A stretch of DNA of 32,000 bases from Acaryochloris marina MBIC11017 (lineage in GTDB: Bacteria; Cyanobacteriota; Cyanobacteriia; Thermosynechococcales; Thermosynechococcaceae). The stretch is taken from positions 5,550,001 to 5,582,000 of the forward strand of contig NC_009925.1 of assembly GCF_000018105.1 (NCBI RefSeq). Direction: 5' to 3'. The notes beneath the pieces are model-generated. The model saw only the letters and a program-made list of their open reading frames with translations, was not told the origin of the DNA and did not search any database. Position numbers and translations under genes: made by a program. This document shows positions 17,731 through 27,720 of the stretch, piece after piece (the first letter of the stretch is position 1; each line of letters starts with the position of its first letter).

Positions 17731-19737
17731 TTAGCTCATTAGATCCTTGGCTTTGGCGAGAACGTTCTCAACGGTAAAGCCAAACTGTTCTAGGCAAGTG
17801 TTTCCAGGTGCAGAGGCACCAAAGCGATTGATGCTGATAGATTGACCTTCAAAACCAATATACCGATGCCAACCGAAATCGGCTGCAGCCTCTACGGCTA
17901 AACGCTTAGTAATAGCCTTGGGTAAAACAGACTCTTTGTACTCCGGCGTTTGAGCTTCAAACAATTCCCAGGAGGGCATGGAGACTACGCGAACCTTCTT
18001 GCCTTCAGACCGTAACTGCTCAGCAGCTTGTTCACAAAGGTGTACTTCACTGCCTGTCGCAATCATGATCATGTCGGGTGTGCCATCGCTGTCGGACATA
18101 ATGTAAGCGCCCTTGGCCACGGCATCAATGGAGCTACCGGCTAAGTTAGGGAGGGCCTGACGCGTAAAGGCGATCAGTGTGGGATATTTACGACTTGCGA
18201 TCGCAACTTTATACGCCCCAGAAACCTCGTTTCCGTCTGCAGGTCGAATCACCGTTAGGTTGGGAATGGCTCGCAAGGAAGCAATTGTTTCCACGGGTTG
18301 GTGAGTTGGACCATCTTCACCCAAACCAATAGAGTCATGGGTCATGACGTAAATAACACCCGCTTCAGCTAGGGCAGATAGACGGATGGCTGCTCTCATA
18401 TAATCTGCGAACACCAAGAAAGTGGCGCAGTAGGGAATTAAACCGGAATTATGCAGGGCAATACCGTTACAGATAGCCCCCATGCCATGCTCACGAACCC
18501 CAAACCGAAGGTTGCGGTTATTGTAATCTCCCTTTTGGAAATTCCCTGAGCCTTTAATTTCCGTCAGGTTGGAGTGGGTCAGGTCAGCGGATCCACCAAT
18601 CATCTCAGGAATGGCACCTGCCAAGGCATTGATGGTGATTTCGGAGTGCTTCCGAGTGGCTAGACCTTTATCTGCAGGGGTGTATCTGGGAAGAGCCTTA
18701 TCCCAATCTGCGGGGAGTTCTCCTTTCAACATCCGCTCAAATTCAGCTGCTTCAGCAGGGTATTGAGACCGATAGGAGGCCAGAACTGCATCCCACTCGG
18801 ATTCAGCCGTAGCACCCCGATCCACTGCTTGCCGGAAGTGGGATAGAACATCGTCGGGAATATCAAAGGGTTCATGGCTCCAGCCCAGATTTTCTCGGGT
18901 GGCTTTAATCTCTGCATCTCCAAGGGCAGCGCCATGAACACCAGCGGTATCGGCCTTATTCGGAGACCCGTAGCCAATGGTAGTAGTGACCTTAATCAAG
19001 GAAGGCTTATCGGTTACAACTTTCGCGGCTTCAATCGCTTTCTGGATCCCGTCAAGATCGGTGTTGCCATTCTCAACATGCTGGACATGCCAACCATAGG
19101 CTTCAAACCGCTTGCCCACATCTTCTGTGAAGGAAATATCTGTAGAACCATCAATGGAAATATGGTTGTCATCGTAAAGGGCAATCAATTTACCCAAGCC
19201 CAAGTGCCCTGCCAAGGAGCAGGCTTCGCCGGACACCCCTTCCATATTGCAACCATCACCCAAGATGACATAGGAGTAATGGTCTACAAGGGTATGCTCT
19301 GGCTTGTTGAACTTGGCTGCCAAATGGGCTTCGGCCATGGCCAAACCGACGGCATTACAAATGCCTTGGCCCAAAGGCCCAGTCGTGACTTCAACCCCAG
19401 GCGTTTCAAAGTTCTCAGGGTGTCCCGGAGTTTTTGAGCCCCACTGACGGAAATTCTTAATTTCTTCAAGGGAAACGCTGTTAAACCCAGTCAGATGGAG
19501 AAGGGCATATTGCAGCATGCAGCCATGCCCTGCAGACAGCACAAATCGATCGCGGTTAAACCAATAGGGATTTTTAGGGTTAAACCGCATGATGCGGTCC
19601 CAAAGGACATAGGCCATTGGGGCAGCACCCATGGGTAAACCTGGGTGTCCCGATTTGGCTTTTTCGACGGCATCAATAGCCAGAAAACGAATGGCATTAA
19701 TACAAAGTTCGTCTAGGGATTGGGTCGCAACAACCAT
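17731..19737 (-). CDS. tkt: Transketolase
   Basis: The product is 668 aa. [12 protein letters not shown] and [16 protein letters not shown] are transketolase signatures. Confidence 0.97.
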   Translation of the reverse strand: MVVATQSLDELCINAIRFLAIDAVEKAKSGHPGLPMGAAPMAYVLWDRIMRFNPKNPYWFNRDRFVLSAGHGCMLQYALLHLTGFNSVSLEEIKNFRQWGSKTPGHPENFETPGVEVTTGPLGQGICNAVGLAMAEAHLAAKFNKPEHTLVDHYSYVILGDGCNMEGVSGEACSLAGHLGLGKLIALYDDNHISIDGSTDISFTEDVGKRFEAYGWHVQHVENGNTDLDGIQKAIEAAKVVTDKPSLIKVTTTIGYGSPNKADTAGVHGAALGDAEIKATRENLGWSHEPFDIPDDVLSHFRQAVDRGATAESEWDAVLASYRSQYPAEAAEFERMLKGELPADWDKALPRYTPADKGLATRKHSEITINALAGAIPEMIGGSADLTHSNLTEIKGSGNFQKGDYNNRNLRFGVREHGMGAICNGIALHNSGLIPYCATFLVFADYMRAAIRLSALAEAGVIYVMTHDSIGLGEDGPTHQPVETIASLRAIPNLTVIRPADGNEVSGAYKVAIASRKYPTLIAFTRQALPNLAGSSIDAVAKGAYIMSDSDGTPDMIMIATGSEVHLCEQAAEQLRSEGKKVRVVSMPSWELFEAQTPEYKESVLPKAITKRLAVEAAADFGWHRYIGFEGQSISINRFGASAPGNTCLEQFGFTVENVLAKAKDLMS
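18197..18204. repeat. HIP1 octamer GCGATCGC
   Basis: Exact match read from the sequence. Confidence 0.95.
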
Positions 19738-19820
19738 AAGCTTGAATTTTTAGTATTTACTGAACTGCAAGAAGGGATAAGCGGCAAGAAAAAGCGTTGT
19801 CTTTATTCTCTATGGGCGTC

Positions 19821-19848
19821 AAAAAGAGGCTTGGTACAGACAAGCCTC
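19821..19848 (-). terminator. Intrinsic terminator between fabF and tkt
   Basis: The minus-strand RNA is GAGGCUUG-UCUGUAC-CAAGCCUC followed by U5. It lies 36 nt after the fabF stop. Confidence 0.7.
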
Positions 19849-19883
19849 AAATACAGATGCCATCTCGGCAAGGGAATCCAACA

Positions 19884-21137
19884 TTAATCGACATACTTTC
19901 GGAAGGCAAGGGTGACATTGTGACCGCCAAAACCAAAGGAATTGGAAAGAGCAACATCCACCGTTAATTCACGGCTGGTATGGGGGATATAGTCTAGATC
20001 GCACCCTTCATCAGGATTGTCCAGGTTAATGGTCGGTGGGACTTGATCATTGGCAATGGCCATGGCAGTCGCCACTGCTTCAATTCCGCCAGACCCGCCG
20101 AGTAGATGACCCGTCATCGATTTGGTGGAACTAATGGCTACCCGATAAGCATTATCACCTATCGCATGCTTAATTGCAGCCGTTTCCGTTGTATCGTTGG
20201 CGTTCGTGCTGGTGCCGTGGGCGTTGATATAGCTGATTTGATCTGGGGTGAGGTTCGCGTCTTTGAGGCATAGCTCAATGGCTCGCGCAGCACCCACGCC
20301 GCCCGGAGAGGGGGAGGTCATATGGTGAGCGTCGCAGGTGACCCCATAGCCAATCAGTTCAGCGTAGATTTTGGCCCCTCGGGCTAGGGCATGCTCTAAT
20401 TCTTCAATGATGAGAATGCCAACGCCTTCTCCCAAGACAAAACCATCCCGATCTTTATCAAAAGGTCGGCTGGCTTTCGTGGGCTCATCATTGCGGGTAG
20501 AAAGGGCCCGACAGGCCGCGAATCCAGCCATGGACAAGGGTGTTACGGCCGCTTCGGTGCCGCCGCAAATCATCGCTTTGGTATAGCCACGTTGGACAAA
20601 TCGAAACGCATCGCCAATGGCGTTAGACCCAGCAGCACAGGCCGTCACGGAACAGGAGTTCGGCCCCTTAGCGCCGACATGAATGGCCGTCAATCCCGCC
20701 GCCATGTTGGCAATCATCATCGGAATCATAAAGGGACTACAGCGATCTGGCCCTTTGGTCAGGTAGATTTCCTGCTGATCTTCTAAAACTTTTAGGCCCC
20801 CAATGCCGGTACCGATAATAATGCCGATATCGTTGGCGTTGGAATCGTCAATGGTGAAGTTAGCATCCGCTAGGGCTTGTTTGCTGGCAGATACGGCAAA
20901 TTGGGCAAAGCGGTCCATGCGTTTGGCGTCTTTGCGATCCATATAGTCTTGGGGATCGAAGCCTTTGACTTCTCCAGCAATGCGGCAGGCATGTTTCGCT
21001 GCATCAAATCGGGTGACGGGGCCAATTCCACTGCGACCTGCAAGCAACCCATCCCAGTATTCAGAGAGGGTATTCCCCAATGGAGTGATGGCCCCCAGCC
21101 CTGTAATTACAACGCGCTTAGGCTCTAGGTTAGTCAT
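19884..21137 (-). CDS. fabF: Beta-ketoacyl-ACP synthase II
   Basis: KRVVITGLGAITPLGN is present. The active-site Cys is in SCSVTACAAGSNAIG, followed by HGTST and GHLLGGSGGIE. The ATG at 21137 is preferred over the track GTG at 21146. Confidence 0.95.
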   Translation of the reverse strand: MTNLEPKRVVITGLGAITPLGNTLSEYWDGLLAGRSGIGPVTRFDAAKHACRIAGEVKGFDPQDYMDRKDAKRMDRFAQFAVSASKQALADANFTIDDSNANDIGIIIGTGIGGLKVLEDQQEIYLTKGPDRCSPFMIPMMIANMAAGLTAIHVGAKGPNSCSVTACAAGSNAIGDAFRFVQRGYTKAMICGGTEAAVTPLSMAGFAACRALSTRNDEPTKASRPFDKDRDGFVLGEGVGILIIEELEHALARGAKIYAELIGYGVTCDAHHMTSPSPGGVGAARAIELCLKDANLTPDQISYINAHGTSTNANDTTETAAIKHAIGDNAYRVAISSTKSMTGHLLGGSGGIEAVATAMAIANDQVPPTINLDNPDEGCDLDYIPHTSRELTVDVALSNSFGFGGHNVTLAFRKYVD

Positions 21138-21181
21138 GATGGTCACATGTGATCAGCATAGGATGAAATATTGAGGGGTTG

Positions 21182-21221
21182 GCAATCATGCTGCATGCTC
21201 TCTAGCACGCAGCATGATTGC
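21182..21221 (-). other. Perfect 13-bp stem-loop in the acpP-fabF spacer, beginning at the acpP stop codon
   Basis: GCAATCATGCTGC (21182-21194) pairs with GCAGCATGATTGC (21209-21221) around a 14-nt loop that can add 3 more pairs. No U-run follows on the coding (minus) strand. Confidence 0.55.
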
Positions 21222-21466
21222 TAAGCCTTTACTTTGCCGGCGATAAAGTCAACGGCAGCTTGAACCGTAAGAATTTCTTCGGCTGCTTCGTCTGGAATTT
21301 CGATGTCAAACTCTTCTTCTAGAGCCATGACCATTTCCACAACATCCAGGGAGTCAGCATCTAGATCGTTCTGGAAGCTCGCTTCTGGCGTTACTTTGTC
21401 TGCATCAACACTTAATTGCTCAGCAACAATATCTTTTACTTTGCCAAAAATTTCCGACTCACTCAT
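21221..21466 (-). CDS. acpP: Acyl carrier protein
   Basis: The 81-aa product is [20 protein letters not shown]...[26 protein letters not shown], with the DSLD phosphopantetheine site. The track ORF (to 21577) is a spurious upstream extension. Confidence 0.95.
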   Translation of the reverse strand: MSESEIFGKVKDIVAEQLSVDADKVTPEASFQNDLDADSLDVVEMVMALEEEFDIEIPDEAAEEILTVQAAVDFIAGKVKA

Positions 21467-21714
21467 GGGTTCTCTTTTCTCTAAAACTACGGACTCTAGC
21501 AGAAGGGTGAATGCGGCTTCATATGAGGCCAAATGCTTTACTTCCTTCCCTGAGCATATTTCAATGTCCTTGCTCAAAGATCAAGGCCAGAGAATGTCTG
21601 ATCCAGTCTTTCAGGGTTTCAGCCATTCCTTCCATAGTAATCTGAAACCGCCCTTCTGAAAGCATCGATCTTGTTTTCTTGCTAGACCATAAATTAAGTC
21701 TTAGCCAAGGCATG

Positions 21715-22665
21715 TTATGGAATTTGGGCAAAGCGGTCGGTTGCTTCTATCAAAGCATTGCGAATGCCAGGTTCTGTAATGGAATGGCCGGCATCAGGGA
21801 TGATTTGTAATTCGGATTGGGGTAGTTGTTGGTGGAGTTCCCAGGCGGAGATAACGGGACACACCACATCGTATCGGCCTTGGACAATGACAATGGGGAG
21901 ATGCTGGATGTGATCGCACCCCCGTAACAGCTGATCCTCAGTATCTAAAAAGCCCTTGTTGACAAAATAGTGACATTCAATGCGTGCAAATGCCGTGGCA
22001 AAGGTGTCTTCACCACATTTTTCTTGTAATTCAAGATCGGGGATTAGTTTGCTGGTTGTCGCTTCCCAAACAGACCAGGCTTTGGCGGCTTCTAATTGAA
22101 TCGCTGGATCATTGCTGGTGAGGCGGCGATAATAAGCGTTGATTAAATCATGGCGCTCTTCTGGAGGGATGGTCTGGAGATAAGCTTCCCAGGCATCTGG
22201 GAAAATATTGCTGGTCCCTTCTTGGTAAAACCACTGCAGCTCTTGATTGCGCAACATAAATATGCCCCGCAAGATTAATCCCTTGCAGGCTTCAGGATGG
22301 GTTTGGCTATAGGCCAGCGCCAAAGTACTACCCCAACTCCCACCAAAGACCACCCATTGATCGATACTTAAATGCTGACGCAGGGCTTCAATATCCCTAA
22401 CTAAATTCCAGGTGGTGTTTTCTCTTAACTCTGCATGGGGGGTACTTTGCCCACAACCCCGCTGATCGAACAGCACCAATCGCCATTGCTGCGGATCAAA
22501 ATATTGCCGATAGACCGGATCGATGCCGCCCCCTGGCCCGCCATGCAGAAATACAGCCGGTTTCCCCTGGGGATTTCCCACTTCTTCGTAATAAAGGGTA
22601 TGCAGCTCAGAAACCTGAAGTTTTCCCGTTGTATAAGGAGTGATAACTGGGTAAAGGTCACGCAT
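21715..22665 (-). CDS. pip: Prolyl aminopeptidase (proline iminopeptidase)
   Basis: MRDLYP...LYYEEVGNPQGKPAVFLHGGPGGG and the nucleophile elbow GGSWGSTLALAY are present. The ATG at 22665 is preferred over the track TTG at 22677. Confidence 0.9.
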   Translation of the reverse strand: MRDLYPVITPYTTGKLQVSELHTLYYEEVGNPQGKPAVFLHGGPGGGIDPVYRQYFDPQQWRLVLFDQRGCGQSTPHAELRENTTWNLVRDIEALRQHLSIDQWVVFGGSWGSTLALAYSQTHPEACKGLILRGIFMLRNQELQWFYQEGTSNIFPDAWEAYLQTIPPEERHDLINAYYRRLTSNDPAIQLEAAKAWSVWEATTSKLIPDLELQEKCGEDTFATAFARIECHYFVNKGFLDTEDQLLRGCDHIQHLPIVIVQGRYDVVCPVISAWELHQQLPQSELQIIPDAGHSITEPGIRNALIEATDRFAQIP

Positions 22666-22828
22666 TTTGGAATTCAACGGCTATCTCTTGCTCTTCAAGA
22701 TAAATGGTCTCACCGCTCAAGACCTCTGATTTCACCGTTTTGTAATGTTCAATCACAGGTAACCCGAATTCTCAGGCCAACATGCTAGCGTTGCTCTAGC
22801 AAAGGCTCAGTTACAGCGAGTAATTCAG

Positions 22829-23737
22829 ATGTCGGTCCCAACACTTCAATATGCTTACTTCCCAGGATGTGTCGCTCAAGGCGCTTGCCGAGAATTGTAC
22901 ATGTCAACCCAGGAAATAACCCAGGCCTTAGGGATTAAACTCATTGAACTGAAGAAAGCGGCCTGTTGTGGGTCCGGCACATTCAAAGAAGATTCTCAGC
23001 TACTAGAAGATACCGTTAATGCCCGCAATATAGCCCTAGCTGAACAGCTCAATTTACCTCTACTCACCCATTGCAGTACCTGCCAAGGAGTAATTGGCCA
23101 TGTTGATGAGCGACTCAAAGACGCCAAGGATAATGACCCTGACTATTTTGATCAGATCAATAACCTCTTATCTGAGCAGCATTGTTCTCCCTATCAAGGT
23201 AGTACTGAAGTCAAGCATCTTCTCTGGGCCTTGGTTGGAGACTTTGGTTTGGAAGCTCTGTCCCTTCAGGTCAAGCGTAAACTTAGCGGCTTAAAATGTG
23301 CGGCTTTTTATGGTTGCTATCTGCTCAGAGCTCAACAGAGCCTCCCCTTCGACGATCCCATTCACCCTTCTTCCATGGAAAACGTGTTTTTGGCCCTCGA
23401 TGCCACCCCGATCTATTACTCAGGGCGCACCCAATGTTGTGGTTGGCCCCTCGCGAGCTATGCTACCCCTCAGTCCTTTGCCATGGCTGGTGGCAGAATT
23501 CAGGACGCCATTGCAGCCGGAGCAGATTGCTTAGTGACTCCTTGTCCCCTTTGCCATTTGAATTTGGATTCTCGTCAACCTGAAGTTGAAAAGTCCATTG
23601 ATACCAAGCTAGGGCTGCCTGTTTTGCATTTACCTCAATTAGTCGGGTTAGCTTTAGGAATTGAGCCCCAGAAATTAGGGCTAGAAAAGCATGTGGTCTC
23701 TACCAAACCCATACTAGAGAAATTAGGCCTAACTTAA
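22829..23737 (+). CDS. Duplicated CCG-domain Fe-S oxidoreductase subunit (HdrB / SdhE / LutA-like)
   Basis: There are two cysteine-rich CCG units. The first is FPGC...AACCGSG...HCSTC and the second is FYGC...QCCGWP...PCPLC. Confidence 0.75.
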   Translation: MSVPTLQYAYFPGCVAQGACRELYMSTQEITQALGIKLIELKKAACCGSGTFKEDSQLLEDTVNARNIALAEQLNLPLLTHCSTCQGVIGHVDERLKDAKDNDPDYFDQINNLLSEQHCSPYQGSTEVKHLLWALVGDFGLEALSLQVKRKLSGLKCAAFYGCYLLRAQQSLPFDDPIHPSSMENVFLALDATPIYYSGRTQCCGWPLASYATPQSFAMAGGRIQDAIAAGADCLVTPCPLCHLNLDSRQPEVEKSIDTKLGLPVLHLPQLVGLALGIEPQKLGLEKHVVSTKPILEKLGLT

Positions 23738-23933
23738 CAGGCTCAAAATCTGTCTGCAGTTAGGTCTTAATCTCTGTTCTGACTTGCTCCCGTTCCCAAT
23801 TGTGAGACACATTACAGCCTGAAGAAACCCGAAGGATTAGGTTTAGGGTTTAAGGAAACGGGAATTAGCCAGGAACCTGAGGAATTTTCCCAGCATCTTC
23901 ATGATCTAACCCTTCCCTCTGTCGTTAGCTCCC

Positions 23934-25499
23934 ATGCGCCCCCCTCTGCCAACAATGGTTTTGCTGCCCCTTGGAACACTCTTACAAAAAGGAACCTATC
24001 GCTTAGAGCAGCTGGTCCGGCATCAGGGCTTGCAGTTAACTTATGAGGGCACGCATTTACCCAGTCAGCAGACTGTTCTGATCAATACCCTTAATCCATC
24101 CCGTCAAAATCCTAAAAAAATTGTTCTACATCGCGATGCTTTTATACAAGAGGCCCAAGCCTGGCAGAACTTAAAACATCCTTCTCTAGAATCCATCCGA
24201 GACATTTTTGTAGATTCCGTTCTCCCCTTTCTAGTCAGGGAAAAGCTATCAGGACAAACTTGGGCCACAAAAGCAAAAAAACAGCCTCTACCAGAGGTGG
24301 AGGCGATTGCCCAAATTACCCAAATTGCGGATGGCTTGAATCAGGCCCATCAGCAGCAGCTTCTCCATAGGGATATTCAACCCAAAAATATCTTTATCCA
24401 CCCCCAAACAAATCATCCAGTTCTAGGAAATTGGGTTTGGCAACCCAGTGCTCTGGGGGGCTCTTCTTCCCTTCTTCATGCCTATACAGCTCCTGAAGTC
24501 GCTCAAGGTCAACAAACTGTTACAACCGATATCTACGGATTAGCGGCAACTTTATACACCTTGGTGACGGGAAAAATTCCGATAGCAGCCTCCCAGCGGC
24601 AGCATATTCGCTTGGAGATCCGTCACCCAGACTTAAGCCAGGCAACGATTGTTGCCCTACTCCGGGGAATGGCCATGCAACCTCAGCACCGTCCCCAATC
24701 TATCTCGGAGTGGTTGAAACTCCTACCCAAAGCCCCTTCTCCTCCTGTATCATTCCCAATAAAATCGGGTAACATAGGCGCAGCTTCCCTTTCCTCGACT
24801 GAGGCAGTGCCTCAACCCTCAGCAAAATCCACTACCCCAGAGAGCTCTTCTCTCCCCGATTCAGACCCTTCAGATCCAGAAATTTCTTCCCCTTCAGAGG
24901 AATTATCTTTAGCTCCCGAGGCTGAGGATCTTCCTACAGCATCAACAGTCCCTCGCCAGGAGCCCAGTCAGACTGTGTCAACCACTCGCCTTCAACCCTA
25001 TTCCGTGCCTCCTAGATTTCCCTACCGAGCACTACTCATTTGTTCCGTGCTCTCAGGGGTTGTAGGAATTGCCTTTGGTCTGTTGCTCCGATTTCATTAT
25101 CAGAATCAGTTTACGAACCCACAAGTGCCTGCAAAGGCCCCCCCAGTTCAAAATGAAGATTTTCTACCAAAGCCAGGAACAACCAGAAGACAATTAGAAA
25201 CGCTGCCGACTCCGGCGGAAACACCCCTTGAGTCTCCCGAAACCTCGCCTCTAGAAGAACCGACGGTTGATCCTCAGTTTGAGCAGGGTGATATTGGGCC
25301 AGATCCCACTCTTCAAGATCCCGTCCCTCTTAGCCCTGTCCCCGCCGATCCCTTAGACCCGGATCCTGTCCTACAAACGCCAATAGAATCCTATCCTGAT
25401 AGCCTGGCTCCCAGCCCAGAGCCATCTCCCTTCGATCCCTTTGCTCAGCCTGATTTTTCCACACCGCCTCCCTCTGAATCTCCAGAAAGCTTCCAGTAA
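23934..25499 (+). CDS. Membrane-anchored Ser/Thr-kinase-like protein, predicted pseudokinase, with a Pro-rich C-terminal tail
   Basis: The kinase fold is recognisable (LHRDIQPKNIFI, YTAPEV, TDIYGLAATLYTLVTGKIP), but the Gly loop, the VAIK Lys and the DFG Asp appear substituted. There is one TM helix (ALLICSVLSGVVGIAFGLLL). Confidence 0.7.
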   Translation: MRPPLPTMVLLPLGTLLQKGTYRLEQLVRHQGLQLTYEGTHLPSQQTVLINTLNPSRQNPKKIVLHRDAFIQEAQAWQNLKHPSLESIRDIFVDSVLPFLVREKLSGQTWATKAKKQPLPEVEAIAQITQIADGLNQAHQQQLLHRDIQPKNIFIHPQTNHPVLGNWVWQPSALGGSSSLLHAYTAPEVAQGQQTVTTDIYGLAATLYTLVTGKIPIAASQRQHIRLEIRHPDLSQATIVALLRGMAMQPQHRPQSISEWLKLLPKAPSPPVSFPIKSGNIGAASLSSTEAVPQPSAKSTTPESSSLPDSDPSDPEISSPSEELSLAPEAEDLPTASTVPRQEPSQTVSTTRLQPYSVPPRFPYRALLICSVLSGVVGIAFGLLLRFHYQNQFTNPQVPAKAPPVQNEDFLPKPGTTRRQLETLPTPAETPLESPETSPLEEPTVDPQFEQGDIGPDPTLQDPVPLSPVPADPLDPDPVLQTPIESYPDSLAPSPEPSPFDPFAQPDFSTPPPSESPESFQ

Positions 25500-25533
25500 G
25501 CCCAGGAGCTAGCCTCAAAGTATCGTATGTCCT

Positions 25534-27720
25534 CTACTCTGCTGCGGTAGAGTTGTTGAGTATGTGTAACAGTGACGATACTTCTGAAAGTTCAGTGCTG
25601 GAAGGCAGTTGGGTTAGGTTAGCATGAGAAAAAACCTCTAAGTCTCCCCGCTCAAGGGCCATCTCCTGGACCTCAGGATGAAGAATAACAAAAGGGAAAG
25701 AGATTAAGGGAGAGTCTGCTGCCATATTCAAGAACGGCGCAGAATCATCATCGGTATAGAGAATAACATCAGGTTTCCAAATATCTACCAATAACTCAGC
25801 TTCATCCAAAGTTGTAGTCGATATTACTCTCCATTGATGTTTATACAGGGATTGGCTGATATTAATGGGTAATGCGTTGCCGGATTGATCTTGATTGCTG
25901 TCTAAATGGAGAACGGTTAATTTTTGCGCTGTTGGGAAGTTGGATGGTGTGAGGTTTTTCGGCTTAGGGGCCGATCCATGGGTAGGAATCTTGGATTTTA
26001 AGCACTTCTCTAACCATCGTGCTAGGCCGGGTTGCAGCTCGTCTAAGGTTAAGCAACCATCCACTCTAAAGTCAGTAATTTGTTGACAGTCTGCGGTACT
26101 TCCTATTAAAAGGATGGGGCAATCCCTCTCTCGCTGTTGGAGAATTGAAAGGATATCCCATCCTGAGCCAGTGGTGAGCAGAGTTTGTAGAATAATGGCT
26201 TGAGGTTTGAATAGGATGATTTTCTGAGCGGCTTCTAACTCTGAACGGGCCACGACGACCTTTAGAGATTGCTTCGATAAATATTGATTAACTTGTTCAA
26301 TCAAACTAGGGTTTGTGGCAATCAGAAGAACCAAGCTTTGAGTAATTTTAGTTTGCCGTCTTCGCAGGGGTTCTGGAGGCACATACAGTGAGAAAGTGTT
26401 CCCCAGCGTCGGCCCAGAGATAAAGGAAATATCCCCTGACATCTGTTCGGCTATGCGTTGGGCCAGCACCAACCCTAGTCCTGTTTTACCCAGAAAATCT
26501 TGGTCAGGAATCGTCCAAGCTTGGGGGAGTTGAAAAATGAGGGGTTGTTGTCGGTGGGGAATTGAAACGCCCTGATCAGAAATGGTAAAAATAGTCCACC
26601 CTTGCCACTGCTCAACTCTCAATGCGATGGGGGACTGCCCCTGAGTTGCCCCTAAAGCATTGTGTAAAAGATGTATCAGAATTTGACGTAATTTCAGCTC
26701 ATCACTGGTGATGGAGCCAAGGACGCCCTGAGGATGCCGATGAATGATGAGAGAAGCCTGATTAGCTGTGCCTTCTTCCAGTTGATAGTATCGTTTCGCT
26801 TGTGCGATCGCATCGTCACAAAGCAGATCAAGGCGAACATTTGTCTGGGTTTCAGGCTGAACTTGGCCTGGTAGTTGAGTTAAGTCCAGCAGCGTATTGA
26901 GGATCCCCATCAGATGCTGACTTTTCTGATGAATCAACTGCATATATTGCAATTGCCGCTCCGATAAATTTTGAATGCCCTGATGACTGAGAACATTGGA
27001 CAAACTGAGAATTGCCGTCAAAGGAGATTTAAGTTCATGGCTAATTTCAGCCAATAGTTCCGCACTCAAGGGAGCAGGTGTGGATATTGGGTCTTGAGAA
27101 TCTGATGACTCTGGTGATGCCAGTGGTGTATCGGATAACGCTAAAGTTGGCGAGACTGAACTTTTTAGATCCGAAGAAAACTTGATCGCAACGCTCAAGG
27201 GGGCATGATGGGCCAAGAACTGAACGAGCTTAGGGGTATCCAATAAACCCAAATATTTACCGGTTCCATCCTCAACAATTGCCCAAGACAAACTGAGATC
27301 TTGGGAAAAGGTTTGTAAATACTGCCAAAATTGCTTGAGAGAGCTTGTAGCTGCCACCTGCTGTAAGGGGTGATTATGCAAATCGCCCCATTCTCCAATG
27401 GGTTGCTGAGGCGAAACCGCTTCGGCGGACTGTTTTTCAGCAATAAACAAATGGATAAATTGCGATAAAGGCACAAGACTAATAGGTTGCTGCTGTGCAT
27501 TAACCACCACTAATTGGGATAGATTGCCCCCATCACTAGCCTCATCCTCAGACAGAGCATCGGGAGATACAGAACCTTGCTGCTGAAGTCTATCTAATAT
27601 GTCTTGAATAGAAGTTTCCGCTTGACATACTAAGGTCTGCTGCAAAAACTCACCAACAGTGGTTTGTTCGAATAACACAGTAATCGTCTTAATTCGTGAT
27701 CGGCTTGGAAGTTTGGCCAA
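25534..27720 (-). CDS. Sensor histidine kinase with C-terminal degenerate receiver-like domain(s); non-ATG start
   Basis: The HisKA H-box is EISHELKSPLTAI. The HATPase motifs are LLHNALGAT, ISDQGVSIP and KTGLGLVLAQRI. CheY-like segments follow. The start is TTG at 27720 or GTG at 27678. Confidence 0.85.
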   Translation of the reverse strand: MAKLPSRSRIKTITVLFEQTTVGEFLQQTLVCQAETSIQDILDRLQQQGSVSPDALSEDEASDGGNLSQLVVVNAQQQPISLVPLSQFIHLFIAEKQSAEAVSPQQPIGEWGDLHNHPLQQVAATSSLKQFWQYLQTFSQDLSLSWAIVEDGTGKYLGLLDTPKLVQFLAHHAPLSVAIKFSSDLKSSVSPTLALSDTPLASPESSDSQDPISTPAPLSAELLAEISHELKSPLTAILSLSNVLSHQGIQNLSERQLQYMQLIHQKSQHLMGILNTLLDLTQLPGQVQPETQTNVRLDLLCDDAIAQAKRYYQLEEGTANQASLIIHRHPQGVLGSITSDELKLRQILIHLLHNALGATQGQSPIALRVEQWQGWTIFTISDQGVSIPHRQQPLIFQLPQAWTIPDQDFLGKTGLGLVLAQRIAEQMSGDISFISGPTLGNTFSLYVPPEPLRRRQTKITQSLVLLIATNPSLIEQVNQYLSKQSLKVVVARSELEAAQKIILFKPQAIILQTLLTTGSGWDILSILQQRERDCPILLIGSTADCQQITDFRVDGCLTLDELQPGLARWLEKCLKSKIPTHGSAPKPKNLTPSNFPTAQKLTVLHLDSNQDQSGNALPINISQSLYKHQWRVISTTTLDEAELLVDIWKPDVILYTDDDSAPFLNMAADSPLISFPFVILHPEVQEMALERGDLEVFSHANLTQLPSSTELSEVSSLLHILNNSTAAE
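26804..26811. repeat. HIP1 octamer GCGATCGC
   Basis: Exact match read from the sequence. Confidence 0.95.

Noticed and set aside
18874-19437. A 187-aa plus-strand ORF, plus several 60-100-aa ORFs, antisense to tkt. Similar antisense or out-of-frame track ORFs lie inside rqcH-like, selO, fabF, uvrB, the histidine kinase, the transposase (2919-3218, 2988-3173) and other genes.
   Set aside because: They lie entirely within strongly supported conserved genes on the other strand or frame, have no recognisable motifs, and are the usual shadow ORFs of coding sequence.
21467-21577. An N-terminal extension of acpP to 118 aa in the ORF track.
   Set aside because: ACP is about 80 aa. The conserved sequence starts at [10 protein letters not shown] (ATG 21466), and the upstream part is just an open frame with no homology.
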